Shown here piece by piece: positions 30,344 through 39,915 of a stretch of 64,000 bases of DNA. Every line of letters starts with the position of its first letter. The first letter of the stretch is position 1. The notes beneath the pieces were generated by a model. The model saw only the letters and a program-made list of their open reading frames with translations, ran no database searches and was not told where the DNA came from. Made by a program: the position numbers and the translations under genes. The DNA comes from Nitrosopumilus sp. (lineage in GTDB: Archaea > Thermoproteota > Nitrososphaeria > Nitrososphaerales > Nitrosopumilaceae), in the NCBI GenBank assembly GCA_965223425.1, contig CBDCWS010000001.1, positions 32,001-96,000 on the forward strand, given 5' to 3'.

Positions 30344-31091
30344 TAATGACAAAATGGATGATGTTCTCACACTAAAACGCCAGCGCGAGATTCAAGAAGT
30401 AGTCAAGCGACTTAAAGCATTTAAACCTACCAAGATAGCACTTGAGGTGGATTCAAAGCGCGACACTGAAGTCAATGCAAAATATCAAGGTTATATGAAT
30501 GGGACATATAAACTCAAGCGGGGCGAAGGAGATCAGATTGGGTTTCGATTGGCAAAAGAGATGGAACATTCAAAGGTATATTGTGTGGATCATTTCCGCG
30601 ATGATCATATGATTCGGAAGGATCGGGATCCACGTTTGACAGACCGTAGGGCATTTGCAAAGGCGCATAATCAAGAGCATCTACTGTATACGCCGCCTGT
30701 TATCAATGGAAAAATGACAGAAGATGAAGAGGGTAAAACTTGGATTGAGTCTGAGAAATATGAGTCGATACTCGACATGTATATCCAACACAACCGACCT
30801 GAATGGAACAATTTAAACCATCAGGCGTATCTACGACAGGCGCGTGTAGGGTTAGATGACGAATATCCGGGTGCGAATTGGCTGGCGTACTTTTGGTATC
30901 CTCGGAATCTGAAAATCTTCGTAAATCTGACGCGGATCACTGAGTCTACCGGCGATCGAATTCTGCTAATTATCGGTGCTGGACATGGTTTCCTGATTCG
31001 GCAGTTCCTTGAGGACTCAGGAGATTACATCCTCGAAAGTCCCCTGAAATACTTGAATGCGAGCGATGCAGAGAAATCTTCATCCGAGTAG
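30344..31091 (+). CDS. DUF5694-like protein, N-terminus removed by the IS
   Basis: FKPTKIALE, QIGFRLA, WYPRNLKIF, RILLIIGAGH; ORF begins at the IS end. Confidence 0.6.
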
Positions 31092-31167
31092 ACCGATTGA
31101 GCGGATAATTTGCGGAACTCGTGTGGTGTGCTTACGCACTACTCCGATGCCTGATTCTATGTAACTA

Positions 31168-31318
31168 TTATCGCTTCCCATCCTTAAACCGTGCGATAGT
31201 GTCCCGTTCGGCTAACTCTGCCTTGGCGTAATGGGCAGGCATCTCGGACAACTTCCAACGTCCTGCGACTTGCATATCGACGACGGTTGCCCCGGCTTGG
31301 GCAAGTGAGACGGCAGAG
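31168..31318 (-). pseudogene. 3' remnant of Cre-like tyrosine recombinase
   Basis: SAVSLAQAGATVVDMQVAGRWK...HYAKAELAER..IARFKDGKR, near-identical to the 44280 copy. Confidence 0.85.
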
Positions 31319-31422
31319 AGACTAATTGTTGTGTTGCTGAATGTAACGAAAATAGACGAATGTTATCTTCATAATGTGGTTTTGCGGAATATACACCAAA
31401 AACGCATCAAGCCGTCAGTCCA

Positions 31423-32196
31423 TCAAAAAGTGCTATATTTGGGATCCGTTTTTAGTGCTGCCCAAGTGATAGCGAGTTTTCCGGCACTTTCGACAGATAC
31501 ACCGATGGTTGCTAGCTTTTTGATTTCATCGGCGTTGAGTGTGAGATTATAAATCATGACTTCGTCGATTACCCCTCGGAAATATCTGGCACCACAGCAT
31601 TCATCCCAACCGAATTTTAGGTTCATGACTGTCTGTTGGATATGCTCAATCTCATTCACTGGAGTTTCAAGTGTGTCGGTCGCTGCGTGATAAACGTAAC
31701 TTGTTGCTTTCTCGGGTTGAATCGTTATCGCGACGAAAGCCCATTCATCTTGCGGAATGCGCGGTGCGCCTTGCCAACCATAGGTATGTGCTGAATTATT
31801 GTTCCATACATACGCCAAGGTGCCGTTCTCGGAAACTCCCATCCAGAACGGGGTTTGACTTCGGCCGACAACGATACCTGACCAGTCCTCGGTTTTCTAA
31901 CCGTTGATCCAAGCACCTACCGTAATCGTGTCTGTAAGGAGATAAAACGCATCGTTAACGACGACATGTCCGTCAAACCCGTTAACTTCAACGGCACCAT
32001 TTACTTGACCATTGGCAGTCCACTTTGCCCCGTTCTTCAATTCAACATGGTTTCCATTACCGGATCTATCTTCCCCATTACCATCCAGTGGCCAGTAGCC
32101 GACAAGTCCTTCCATGAGTTCTGCCGCTGGGTCGTTGATACACCAAACGCTCATGGCGAATGCAAGGACAGTAATAACTCGCAAATTTTCTGACAC
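31423..32196 (-). pseudogene. LamG/ConA-like secreted protein with one in-frame TAG (31897-31899)
   Basis: GLVGYWPLDG, DRSGNGN, F.G.IDEV.IYN, VESAGKLAITWAALK; both halves are in the same frame. Confidence 0.85.
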
Positions 32197-32219
32197 TTCA
32201 GGTCTTCTCCTTGTTTGAT

Positions 32220-32417
32220 ATTATTGTGCGCTTGTGCCGCGTTCGGCGAGTTCAGTTTTAGCGTAGTGTGCTGGCATTTGTGAGGATTTCCAGCGTCCTG
32301 CGACTTGCATATCGACGACAGTTGCGCCGGCTTGTGCGAGCGAGACCGCTGAACCGACGCGCAGGGAATGCCCGGATATGAAACCATCCACGCCAGCATC
32401 AGCTGCCCGCTTTTTGA
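32220..32417 (-). pseudogene. 3' remnant of Cre-like tyrosine recombinase
   Basis: KRAADAGVDGFISGHSLRVGSAVSLAQAG...GRWKSSQMPAHYAK. Confidence 0.85.
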
Positions 32418-32460
32418 TATGCGTAGAATAAGTGTATGGGATGTATCCTGATTATCGCTA

Positions 32461-35442
32461 CTAATTGGATTCTTCAAGTGTAAAACGTAGCACGCCGCTG
32501 CCTATAGTGCCGACATAAAGCACATTTCTATCAACAGCGAGAGAGGTAATGAGGACGGGAATCGCCGGTGTAACTTGTTGCCATGTATCAGAATTCTCTT
32601 TCAGTTGATATACCTGTTGATTGCTTGTTCCATACACTGTTGTTCCGTCCACAGCGAATTTGTCTATAATGACTGGTGTGCCTTCCAGATCGGTTGCCGT
32701 ATGCCAGTGCATCCCGTCGTCCGAATGTACGACACCCTTATCGGTTGCGACATAGACAGTTGATCCAGCAAAGACGATTGTGTTGAAGGCGGTAACAGAA
32801 AACGGGAGATCCGCGGTGACATCGCTCCACGTGTTTCCTTCATCAAAAGATTGAAAGAGGCGTCCATCGTGTTTGCCAACGTAAACGATTTCATCTAAGG
32901 CGGCAAGTTTGAGAGATAAGGTAGAAAAATCGCTTACACTATCAAAATCGTAAGTCGAATTACCTTCATCTGTTAATCCGGTATCATACCATTCAGTCAT
33001 GCCGGGTTTCCATCTGAGGAGTTTCTGACCGAATGGCATATAGTAAGCAGAATTGCTGACGGCGAAACTCCCGAAAAGCGAGTACATAAGTTCAGCCAAG
33101 CTTTCCTCTATGATTTCACTGTAATCTTCACTGGATGTATCTACATTAACATCTTTAGTATTTAGTTTTTTCCTTTCTCCAATGTTTTTCTGGTCATCAT
33201 CTTGAACTGTTTCCGAAAACATATTTTTATTTTTTTCTTTTATCAACTCGTTATAGTCTGATATCTTTAAAACTGGCATTCCTGAGACAGAGAGTAATGT
33301 GTTGTCCTCGGCAGATAGATGGAAAAGTTGAGGCGATATTTCTTTTACTCCTCTGGCATAAACCACATCCTCGAATTTCATAATACTTGTGACGTTGTCT
33401 ATTCCAGCCGAAACATCGACCCACGATTCACCACCATCAGATGAAGAGACTAGCGTTCCTTCAATGTTCGCGTAGAGTACATTATCCGCAGAAACCAAAT
33501 TTAGCACAGTTGTCTTTACCAAACCTGTATTAAATGGGTGCCATGTTCTGCCCGCATCGGTCGTGTGATAGATCCCAGACGTCCCGCTTTTGTAGAAAGT
33601 ATTCGCATCCAAAGACACAAGCGTGGAGACGTCTCCTATATTCGGGGTATTTGCCCAAGTTTCACCTGAATCGTTTGAGTAATAAGTATTTCTTATGTCT
33701 ACAATCAAAAGGTTATTTTCTGATGCTATCATTATAATGTCCAAAATCTTTTCTATTTCTGCCGTGTTAAAGTCAAAGCCATTTTCGTCTGAGGAATCTA
33801 TCTTCGTGAAGTCTAATGGCTGCCACGAATCGCCTAAATCCCCTGACCGATAAAGTGAGGGAGACACCTCATCTCTCTCTCTTATTGACATTGCTATGAA
33901 GGACGGCGAAATGGTCTGACTCTTGGGCTCTCGTCCTACAACAACATAGAGTTGATCTTCAGCACTTGTTAATGCTCTAATATTCTCAGCATTTCCCACT
34001 GATAAATGTTCCCAACCCTCTGAACGGCGACGATAGAGTCCAGCATCGGTCCCGACAAACAGTGTGTTTCCAATGGCGGTGATTGCATGAATCTTTCTAT
34101 CACTAATGTCGTCGTTCAATGATGTCCAAGATTTCCCAGCATCTGCAGATTGGAATACACCATTAACAAGCCCTAAGTAAAGTGCCTCATCCGTTATGAC
34201 GATTCCAATTAACTGTCCCTCTGGGCGCGTTCCCAACATATTCCACGTCTCACCCCTATCAAGGGATGTGAGCACCTGTGTATCGGAGATGGCGTAGAGG
34301 GTATTATTCTGTTCTGTCATTTGCCACGATCCTTGAATAGGAATACTACTGTTGACACGACGCCACGCGTTTGTGTCGTCGGTTGATCTGTAGAGATCTG
34401 TGTTTGCTACAGCGTAAAGATCTCTGTTAGATGCAATAAACAGATTTTGCACGCTACCGCCTTCGGGACCGCCTGTCTGTACCCATTGAGGACTTGGAGT
34501 CGGAATCTCTGTTGTGTCAACAGGTACTGTGGTAAAAAGCGATGCGTCTGGTTTCTGTCCTGCCCCTGGATTTTTACCCGGAGTATCTGAGTTTCCCGCT
34601 TGACTCCGAACCGCAGGTTTCGCGGGTGAATCTAAAACGAAAACCGCATCAATAATTTCAACCTTCGGTTCCGAAACAGCGTCGAGGCTGTAAGGCTTCT
34701 GGAAACGTGAGAGGTACTGTGTCCCAACACCCATCAGTAGGAAAATCAAAACAGCAGAAGCGGCAGAAAGTGCCAAAGGTGCTATAGGTTTACTCACAGA
34801 GGTTGAAATCGGGGGCATACGCGAAACTTCGCGCATGATGTTTTCCGCCCACTGATCCGGGAGTTGGAAGCTCCCAAGATTGTGTTGAATCACGTCTTCC
34901 TCTGTTCTCAGGCGATTGCGTGCGCGACTGAGACGACTTTTAACCGTATTCTGGGAGACACCGAGAAACTCGCTAATGACTTTGATCGTCATCTCACCGA
35001 GATAATAGAGCGTCATTACCGTCCGTTCACTTTCTGGCAGTTTTTCGAGCAGTTCCTTGACGACTTCGCGCCGCGTTTCATCAGCATCCGCTTCCCGTTT
35101 TTCTTCTACATATTGAGAATATGACACTTGATCCACCTCGCTAGCATCGGTTTCCTCCAAGGACTGTTCCGGTAGGGCACGCTTTCGGAGCCAATCACGA
35201 CTCATGTTCGCGGCAATCACATAGAGCCATCCCGGGAATTGCTTATGATTTTTCAATGTTCCGAGCTTCTCATACGCTTTGAGAAATGCATCTTGGGCAA
35301 TCTCTTGCGCGATGTGAAAGTCGCCGACCTTCCGCCATACAAGCGCGTGTACCCCTTTCTGATACTTCTTAACTAACGGACCGAATGCGTCCTGATTTCC
35401 CTGTAATATCTGTTGAATGAGTTCAGCATCGCTTTGTGCCAC
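32461..35442 (-). CDS. ECF sigma-70 factor fused via a TM helix to an extracytoplasmic BNR/beta-propeller domain
   Basis: Sigma2 (AQEIAQDAFLKAY..FPGWLYVIA) and sigma4 (LPESERTV..ISEFLGVSQNTVKSRL); TM segment; multiple S.D.G.TW Asp-boxes. Confidence 0.9.
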   Translation of the reverse strand: MAQSDAELIQQILQGNQDAFGPLVKKYQKGVHALVWRKVGDFHIAQEIAQDAFLKAYEKLGTLKNHKQFPGWLYVIAANMSRDWLRKRALPEQSLEETDASEVDQVSYSQYVEEKREADADETRREVVKELLEKLPESERTVMTLYYLGEMTIKVISEFLGVSQNTVKSRLSRARNRLRTEEDVIQHNLGSFQLPDQWAENIMREVSRMPPISTSVSKPIAPLALSAASAVLIFLLMGVGTQYLSRFQKPYSLDAVSEPKVEIIDAVFVLDSPAKPAVRSQAGNSDTPGKNPGAGQKPDASLFTTVPVDTTEIPTPSPQWVQTGGPEGGSVQNLFIASNRDLYAVANTDLYRSTDDTNAWRRVNSSIPIQGSWQMTEQNNTLYAISDTQVLTSLDRGETWNMLGTRPEGQLIGIVITDEALYLGLVNGVFQSADAGKSWTSLNDDISDRKIHAITAIGNTLFVGTDAGLYRRRSEGWEHLSVGNAENIRALTSAEDQLYVVVGREPKSQTISPSFIAMSIRERDEVSPSLYRSGDLGDSWQPLDFTKIDSSDENGFDFNTAEIEKILDIIMIASENNLLIVDIRNTYYSNDSGETWANTPNIGDVSTLVSLDANTFYKSGTSGIYHTTDAGRTWHPFNTGLVKTTVLNLVSADNVLYANIEGTLVSSSDGGESWVDVSAGIDNVTSIMKFEDVVYARGVKEISPQLFHLSAEDNTLLSVSGMPVLKISDYNELIKEKNKNMFSETVQDDDQKNIGERKKLNTKDVNVDTSSEDYSEIIEESLAELMYSLFGSFAVSNSAYYMPFGQKLLRWKPGMTEWYDTGLTDEGNSTYDFDSVSDFSTLSLKLAALDEIVYVGKHDGRLFQSFDEGNTWSDVTADLPFSVTAFNTIVFAGSTVYVATDKGVVHSDDGMHWHTATDLEGTPVIIDKFAVDGTTVYGTSNQQVYQLKENSDTWQQVTPAIPVLITSLAVDRNVLYVGTIGSGVLRFTLEESN

Positions 35443-35480
35443 TACAAGTATCCTCCGGAATCATAATTGTCTCTTAATTT

Positions 35481-35770
35481 ACTAAACTTTGGACAATTTT
35501 CAGTAAGTTGCTTGAAGCCGCGTGAAACCCAACGACTGTCATAGAATCTCTGCTTATGTTTTAGAATGCGGCGTATCCTTTCAGGGCACATAGCACTCCG
35601 CTGGCGTGCGAGGGTTTGTGTATACTTTTTCTATTCTCACTGTGAAGCAATAGCACTCCGCTGGCGTGCGGTATTTTTCTCAGAGTTCCGAGAGTTGTGA
35701 AACCTGCGGAAAAATACACAATCCTTTGAAAACTCAACTTGCACGTGACATGAATTGTCCAAACTTTAGT
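35481..35770. mobile_element. MITE, 290 bp
   Basis: Terminal repeats ACTAAA.TTTGGACAATT; 8-bp target duplication CTTAATTT; internal direct repeat ATAGCACTCCGCTGGCGTGCG x2; a solo end also at 29283. Confidence 0.85.
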
Positions 35771-36092
35771 CTTAATTTAGGTGACGTAATTTTAATATCA
35801 AAAGGTTGCAAGCCTCATAGGGAATGTGGAAACGATCCGGAAATTAATGCTATTAAATGCGATCAAAGAAGCAGCAAACATCGTAATTTCAATTTTGTGT
35901 AAAGGCGTAAACCCGCGTGTGCATTGGGTTTGTTGGTAAACCGATGTCCTCGTTTTTCCACACGATGCAACCTTCCCACAGCCGAAAATCGTCACCTTAA
36001 TCAAAGGCGGTTAGATTCAGCGAAGTTGCTACTGGCTATCTAAAAGCACTTCTATTTTATACGACACAACTTTCATTTTACAGGAGAAAACC

Positions 36093-36260
36093 ATGCGATT
36101 TGTAATAATTAACCTGTTTCTGGTCTGTTTGCTACTGCTCGGCATCGGTTACCTTGCTTTCGGTGATGCTGTGTGTGTAACAAAACCTAAATCCAACAAT
36201 CACCTGTACATTCACCATGTAGACGCTATGTTCTGTGAAGTATCTTTAGAAACCTTCTGA
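36093..36260 (+). CDS. 55-aa secreted/membrane peptide, absent from the ORF track
   Basis: CAGGAG RBS; MRFVIINLFLVCLLLLGIGYLAFG-DAVCVTKPKSNNHLYIHHVDAMFCEVSLETF. Confidence 0.55.
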   Translation: MRFVIINLFLVCLLLLGIGYLAFGDAVCVTKPKSNNHLYIHHVDAMFCEVSLETF

Positions 36261-36291
36261 GATATATGCACGATTTAAGGAGATTTAGAAA

Positions 36292-37560
36292 ATGACTACA
36301 GTAATTTTGCAATCAAAAACTCGCGATTCCATCCGCTTGTGGGGCAAGACAATAACGCTTCTGTTAGCAGCTTTATTGATGACTTTGGGTTTTCAACTTT
36401 CACCTCATACCGAGGCAAATCAGTTTCTCTTTGATATGGAGGCGATTAAAGATGCGGGCAGCTTAGCAGTGAAACTCCAAGATACACGCGCTATGGTATC
36501 CAAATCTATCAGTGTGCAATTATCCAATGATACACAGGGATTGTTGGTTGCATACAATGGTACCAGCAGCCCGTCCACGGAGCTACAGAAGGCACTGCTT
36601 TCAGATCTGAATCGGCTTCTTCAAGTCGGATCACTCTACGATGCCCAACTGTTCGCCGGTGTTGAACTTAGCGAACAGACGCAGGTACTCATCGCGCAAA
36701 ACCCACAAAATCAGGATGCGCTGGTTCATCTAAACCGTCTTCTCTTAGCAGATGCCTACCCTCATGAATTTGCATCGCTTTCAGAGCAACAACCCTATCA
36801 ACATTCTAAAGGGATCGAGGCATGCAGAGAAAATCTGAGGCAGATAACACTCGCGCGTAAAAACTACCAGTCTTCCAACGCAAATTCCGAGCCGCGGTGG
36901 CTTTCTGAACTGTCTCCGCAATATTTGGACGAAAAAATGCTTCTCTGCCCTGCAGACGCAACAGCAGGGAGACCCGGTGTTCTCACCGAAGATGCCGCAG
37001 ACCCAGCACTGCCGTGCAGTTATCTCTATGAGGCGCGCCCCTCCAAGAAAACAGATCAAGAAATTCTCTGGGCGGACGAAGGTAAGATGACCCCCATCGT
37101 GCGATGCCAACACCATCATCTCAATTTAAGCCTCAGCGGTAAACTCTATCGGAACGGACCGCAAAGAGGCATCTATACGAGTAACAAAACGGGATTTTCC
37201 TTGCTAAATGACTTCTTGCGGGACTTAAGCACACAACGTGGAGAAGCATTTCTCAAGACGCAAGAGGGTAGGATCCAACTAAAACGAGCAACCGAAGAAT
37301 TAATTCTCAATAAATTTGTGCCAAAAATGCTTAGAAACGTGAAGAAAGAAATCACTTCTCAGCTTGAAGCGCAACTCGGAAAAGACCTACTCAAAACCCC
37401 AATGGGCACAGATATATTCAAACAAGTATACGTGCAGGTAACCGATGTTATTGAGGAAAAACTACTCGCTCAACTTCAAGCACAACTTGGAGCAGAATTT
37501 TTTCAGACGCAAGAGGGGCAAGGTGTCCAACAGCAGTTGTCTGCGTTAATGTCGCCTTGA
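36292..37560 (+). CDS. Secreted protein with pseudopilin/DUF1559-like domain
   Basis: Signal peptide; CRENLRQITLA..NY...P.WLSEL.PQYL...LLCPAD...SYLY; no GFTLIE prepilin motif. Confidence 0.55.
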   Translation: MTTVILQSKTRDSIRLWGKTITLLLAALLMTLGFQLSPHTEANQFLFDMEAIKDAGSLAVKLQDTRAMVSKSISVQLSNDTQGLLVAYNGTSSPSTELQKALLSDLNRLLQVGSLYDAQLFAGVELSEQTQVLIAQNPQNQDALVHLNRLLLADAYPHEFASLSEQQPYQHSKGIEACRENLRQITLARKNYQSSNANSEPRWLSELSPQYLDEKMLLCPADATAGRPGVLTEDAADPALPCSYLYEARPSKKTDQEILWADEGKMTPIVRCQHHHLNLSLSGKLYRNGPQRGIYTSNKTGFSLLNDFLRDLSTQRGEAFLKTQEGRIQLKRATEELILNKFVPKMLRNVKKEITSQLEAQLGKDLLKTPMGTDIFKQVYVQVTDVIEEKLLAQLQAQLGAEFFQTQEGQGVQQQLSALMSP

Positions 37561-37643
37561 TGGACTACCCTTCAAAGGAATCTATGTACGATTGCTATTT
37601 CAAAGATTAACGACTCATCTAAAAAAATAGAGGAGAAAAGACC

Positions 37644-39074
37644 ATGTTAATGACTTTGATTCAAAAAGAGATTATGCATCATGTTCTCAGCGTCCGGTTC
37701 GTCGCACTCCTGATAATGTGTATGCTCCTTGTCCCGCTCACCCTTTCTATCAATTATCGTAGGTATAACCAGAACCTCGTTGACTACCAGGAATCGGTGA
37801 AACGCACACAGGCAGAAGCGAAGGAAAATCCACCGAATGCGCAGGATCCAAATGCAGAGGTATCCAAACTTTTCCTCAAGCCGACACCGTTAAGCATCTT
37901 CGCAAATGGTTTAGAGGAGGCACTGCCTACCTACCTTGGTATGACACGTAATGGGGTTCGGCAAGGTTCAACAGGGCTTGCGCAGGCATCCCTGTCATAC
38001 GCGCTCGGGAATCTTGATTTTCTGTTTATTGTGGGAACTGTATTCAGTTTGCTGGCACTGCTGTTTACGTTTGACGCTGTTGCCGGAGAGAGAGAAGCTG
38101 GAACACTTCGGATAAACCTATCGAATTCGCTTCCTCGAGATGTGTTCTTGTGGAGCAAGTTGATCGGAGGATACACTGTATTTGTTATTCCGTTTTTGGT
38201 GTCTTTCCTTTTGGGGTTGCTTTTTCTCGTCTGGCAGGGCTTTCCATTAGGCGAATTCAAGATTGCGCTGCCAGTGGTGGGTCTCACGGTTATATCGTTG
38301 CTCTACATTGCCGTATTTTTTGCAATAGGCGTGTTCATTTCAACCTATCTCGACAATTCCAAGACTGCACTCATCATTGCTTTTACCTTTTGGGTGTTTG
38401 CGGTGCTGATTGTGCCACGCGGGGCGTTTGTGATTGCTAAACTTGTCGCACCCACTCGGACAGAGCAGTCTGTTTATACGGAAAAGATGGCACTTCGCAA
38501 TAACTTGACGAAAGATAAGGAAGAAAAGATTCAGAAAAAGATGGTTGGCACCTTGGGGACCAGTTTTACGCTAAACGACCCAAAGACGCAAGAAAGATTG
38601 GACGAAATCAGAAAACCGATTGAGGAACAGTTTCGAGTAAATTTCCAGAATCAAACCGAGAAGATTGACAAGAACTACCAGCGCGAGAAGGATCGGCAAG
38701 AGCAAGTTGGAGAGATGCTTTCTCGGATCGCACCCACGTCTTCTCTGATCTATTGTGTGATGAACCTAACACAAACGGGCAAGTTGAAGAGGGATGTCTA
38801 CTTTCAAACCGGTGAGCGGTACTACAATCAACTGGATGGTTCGTATTTCAGCGAAATTTCTGACGATACGCTGGCACAGCTACTACAATTGACGAATCGG
38901 ATGAATTCCGATTCTGAGTCAGAAAAAAATAAAATCACGCCGCCACCAACGCTGGCAGAACCGGCTTTATCGGAAACGTTGCGTGGTTCTACAGCAGACG
39001 TGTTCTTGCTCTGTCTTTTTGCCTTAGTGTTTACGACGGTAGCTTTTCTGAAGTTCTTCAGGTCCGATATTTAA
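37644..39074 (+). CDS. ABC-2/NosY-type exporter permease
   Basis: LIQKEI, FDAVAGEREAGTL, multiple TM helices. Confidence 0.9.
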   Translation: MLMTLIQKEIMHHVLSVRFVALLIMCMLLVPLTLSINYRRYNQNLVDYQESVKRTQAEAKENPPNAQDPNAEVSKLFLKPTPLSIFANGLEEALPTYLGMTRNGVRQGSTGLAQASLSYALGNLDFLFIVGTVFSLLALLFTFDAVAGEREAGTLRINLSNSLPRDVFLWSKLIGGYTVFVIPFLVSFLLGLLFLVWQGFPLGEFKIALPVVGLTVISLLYIAVFFAIGVFISTYLDNSKTALIIAFTFWVFAVLIVPRGAFVIAKLVAPTRTEQSVYTEKMALRNNLTKDKEEKIQKKMVGTLGTSFTLNDPKTQERLDEIRKPIEEQFRVNFQNQTEKIDKNYQREKDRQEQVGEMLSRIAPTSSLIYCVMNLTQTGKLKRDVYFQTGERYYNQLDGSYFSEISDDTLAQLLQLTNRMNSDSESEKNKITPPPTLAEPALSETLRGSTADVFLLCLFALVFTTVAFLKFFRSDI

Positions 39075-39096
39075 TACAGTCACACCCCATAAACAA

Positions 39097-39852
39097 ATGA
39101 ACCAGAGGAGAAAACCCATGTTAGAAACCCGCGACCTTACGAAAGTCTACAACGAAGACGTTTTAGCCGTCAACAATTTGAATCTGAAAGTAGACGACGG
39201 CGAAATCTATGTCGTTCTCGGTGCGAATGGTGCCGGGAAAAGCACGACGATGTCGATGCTCCTGAACTTCATCGAACCCTCAAGCGGTACGGCACTTGTA
39301 GATGATATCGAGATTCCAAAGTTCCCACTTGAGGCAAAAAAGCACCTCGCTTACATCTCCGAGAACGTCGAACTTTATCGCAACTTCACGGCGCGGCAAA
39401 ACCTGACCTTCTTCGCGAAACTCGGTGGACGCAAGAAGGTATCCAATGCAGAAATTGATGCCACCCTTGGACGTGTCGGTTTGCCGGAGGCGGCTTTTGG
39501 GTGGCGCGTCAAAACCTTCTCCAAAGGGATGCGTCAACGTCTGGGTATCGCGATCACAATTATGAAGAACGCACGAGCCATATTACTTGATGAACCGACC
39601 TCAGGGCTGGATCCCAAGGGCGGTGCCGATTTCCTGAATCTGCTCCGCGAGTTAAGAGAAGAAGGGAAATCTGTCTTTATGTCCACGCACGACATCTTCC
39701 GAGCAAAGGAGATCGCCGACAGAATCGGTATCCTCGTGCAAGGCAATCTCGAACGAGAGTTAACCCGCGAAGAAATCCAAAAAGAAGACCTTGAGGCGTT
39801 GTATCTCCACTATGTTGCTGGATACGAACCTGAAGAAGATGCCGCCGCATAG
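39097..39852 (+). CDS. ABC transporter ATP-binding protein
   Basis: GANGAGKST, FSKGMRQR, LLDEPT, STH. Confidence 0.95.
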   Translation: MNQRRKPMLETRDLTKVYNEDVLAVNNLNLKVDDGEIYVVLGANGAGKSTTMSMLLNFIEPSSGTALVDDIEIPKFPLEAKKHLAYISENVELYRNFTARQNLTFFAKLGGRKKVSNAEIDATLGRVGLPEAAFGWRVKTFSKGMRQRLGIAITIMKNARAILLDEPTSGLDPKGGADFLNLLRELREEGKSVFMSTHDIFRAKEIADRIGILVQGNLERELTREEIQKEDLEALYLHYVAGYEPEEDAAA

Positions 39853-39915
39853 CGTCCACGGGACTTAGTACCTACCGATTAGCCAAATCGCGGTTTGGCT
39901 AATCGATAACAAGTC

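Noticed and set aside
35800-35845. Cobalamin riboswitch (AGGT...AGGGAA)
   Set aside because: No GCCCCCGC/AACTGT core or B12 box follows.
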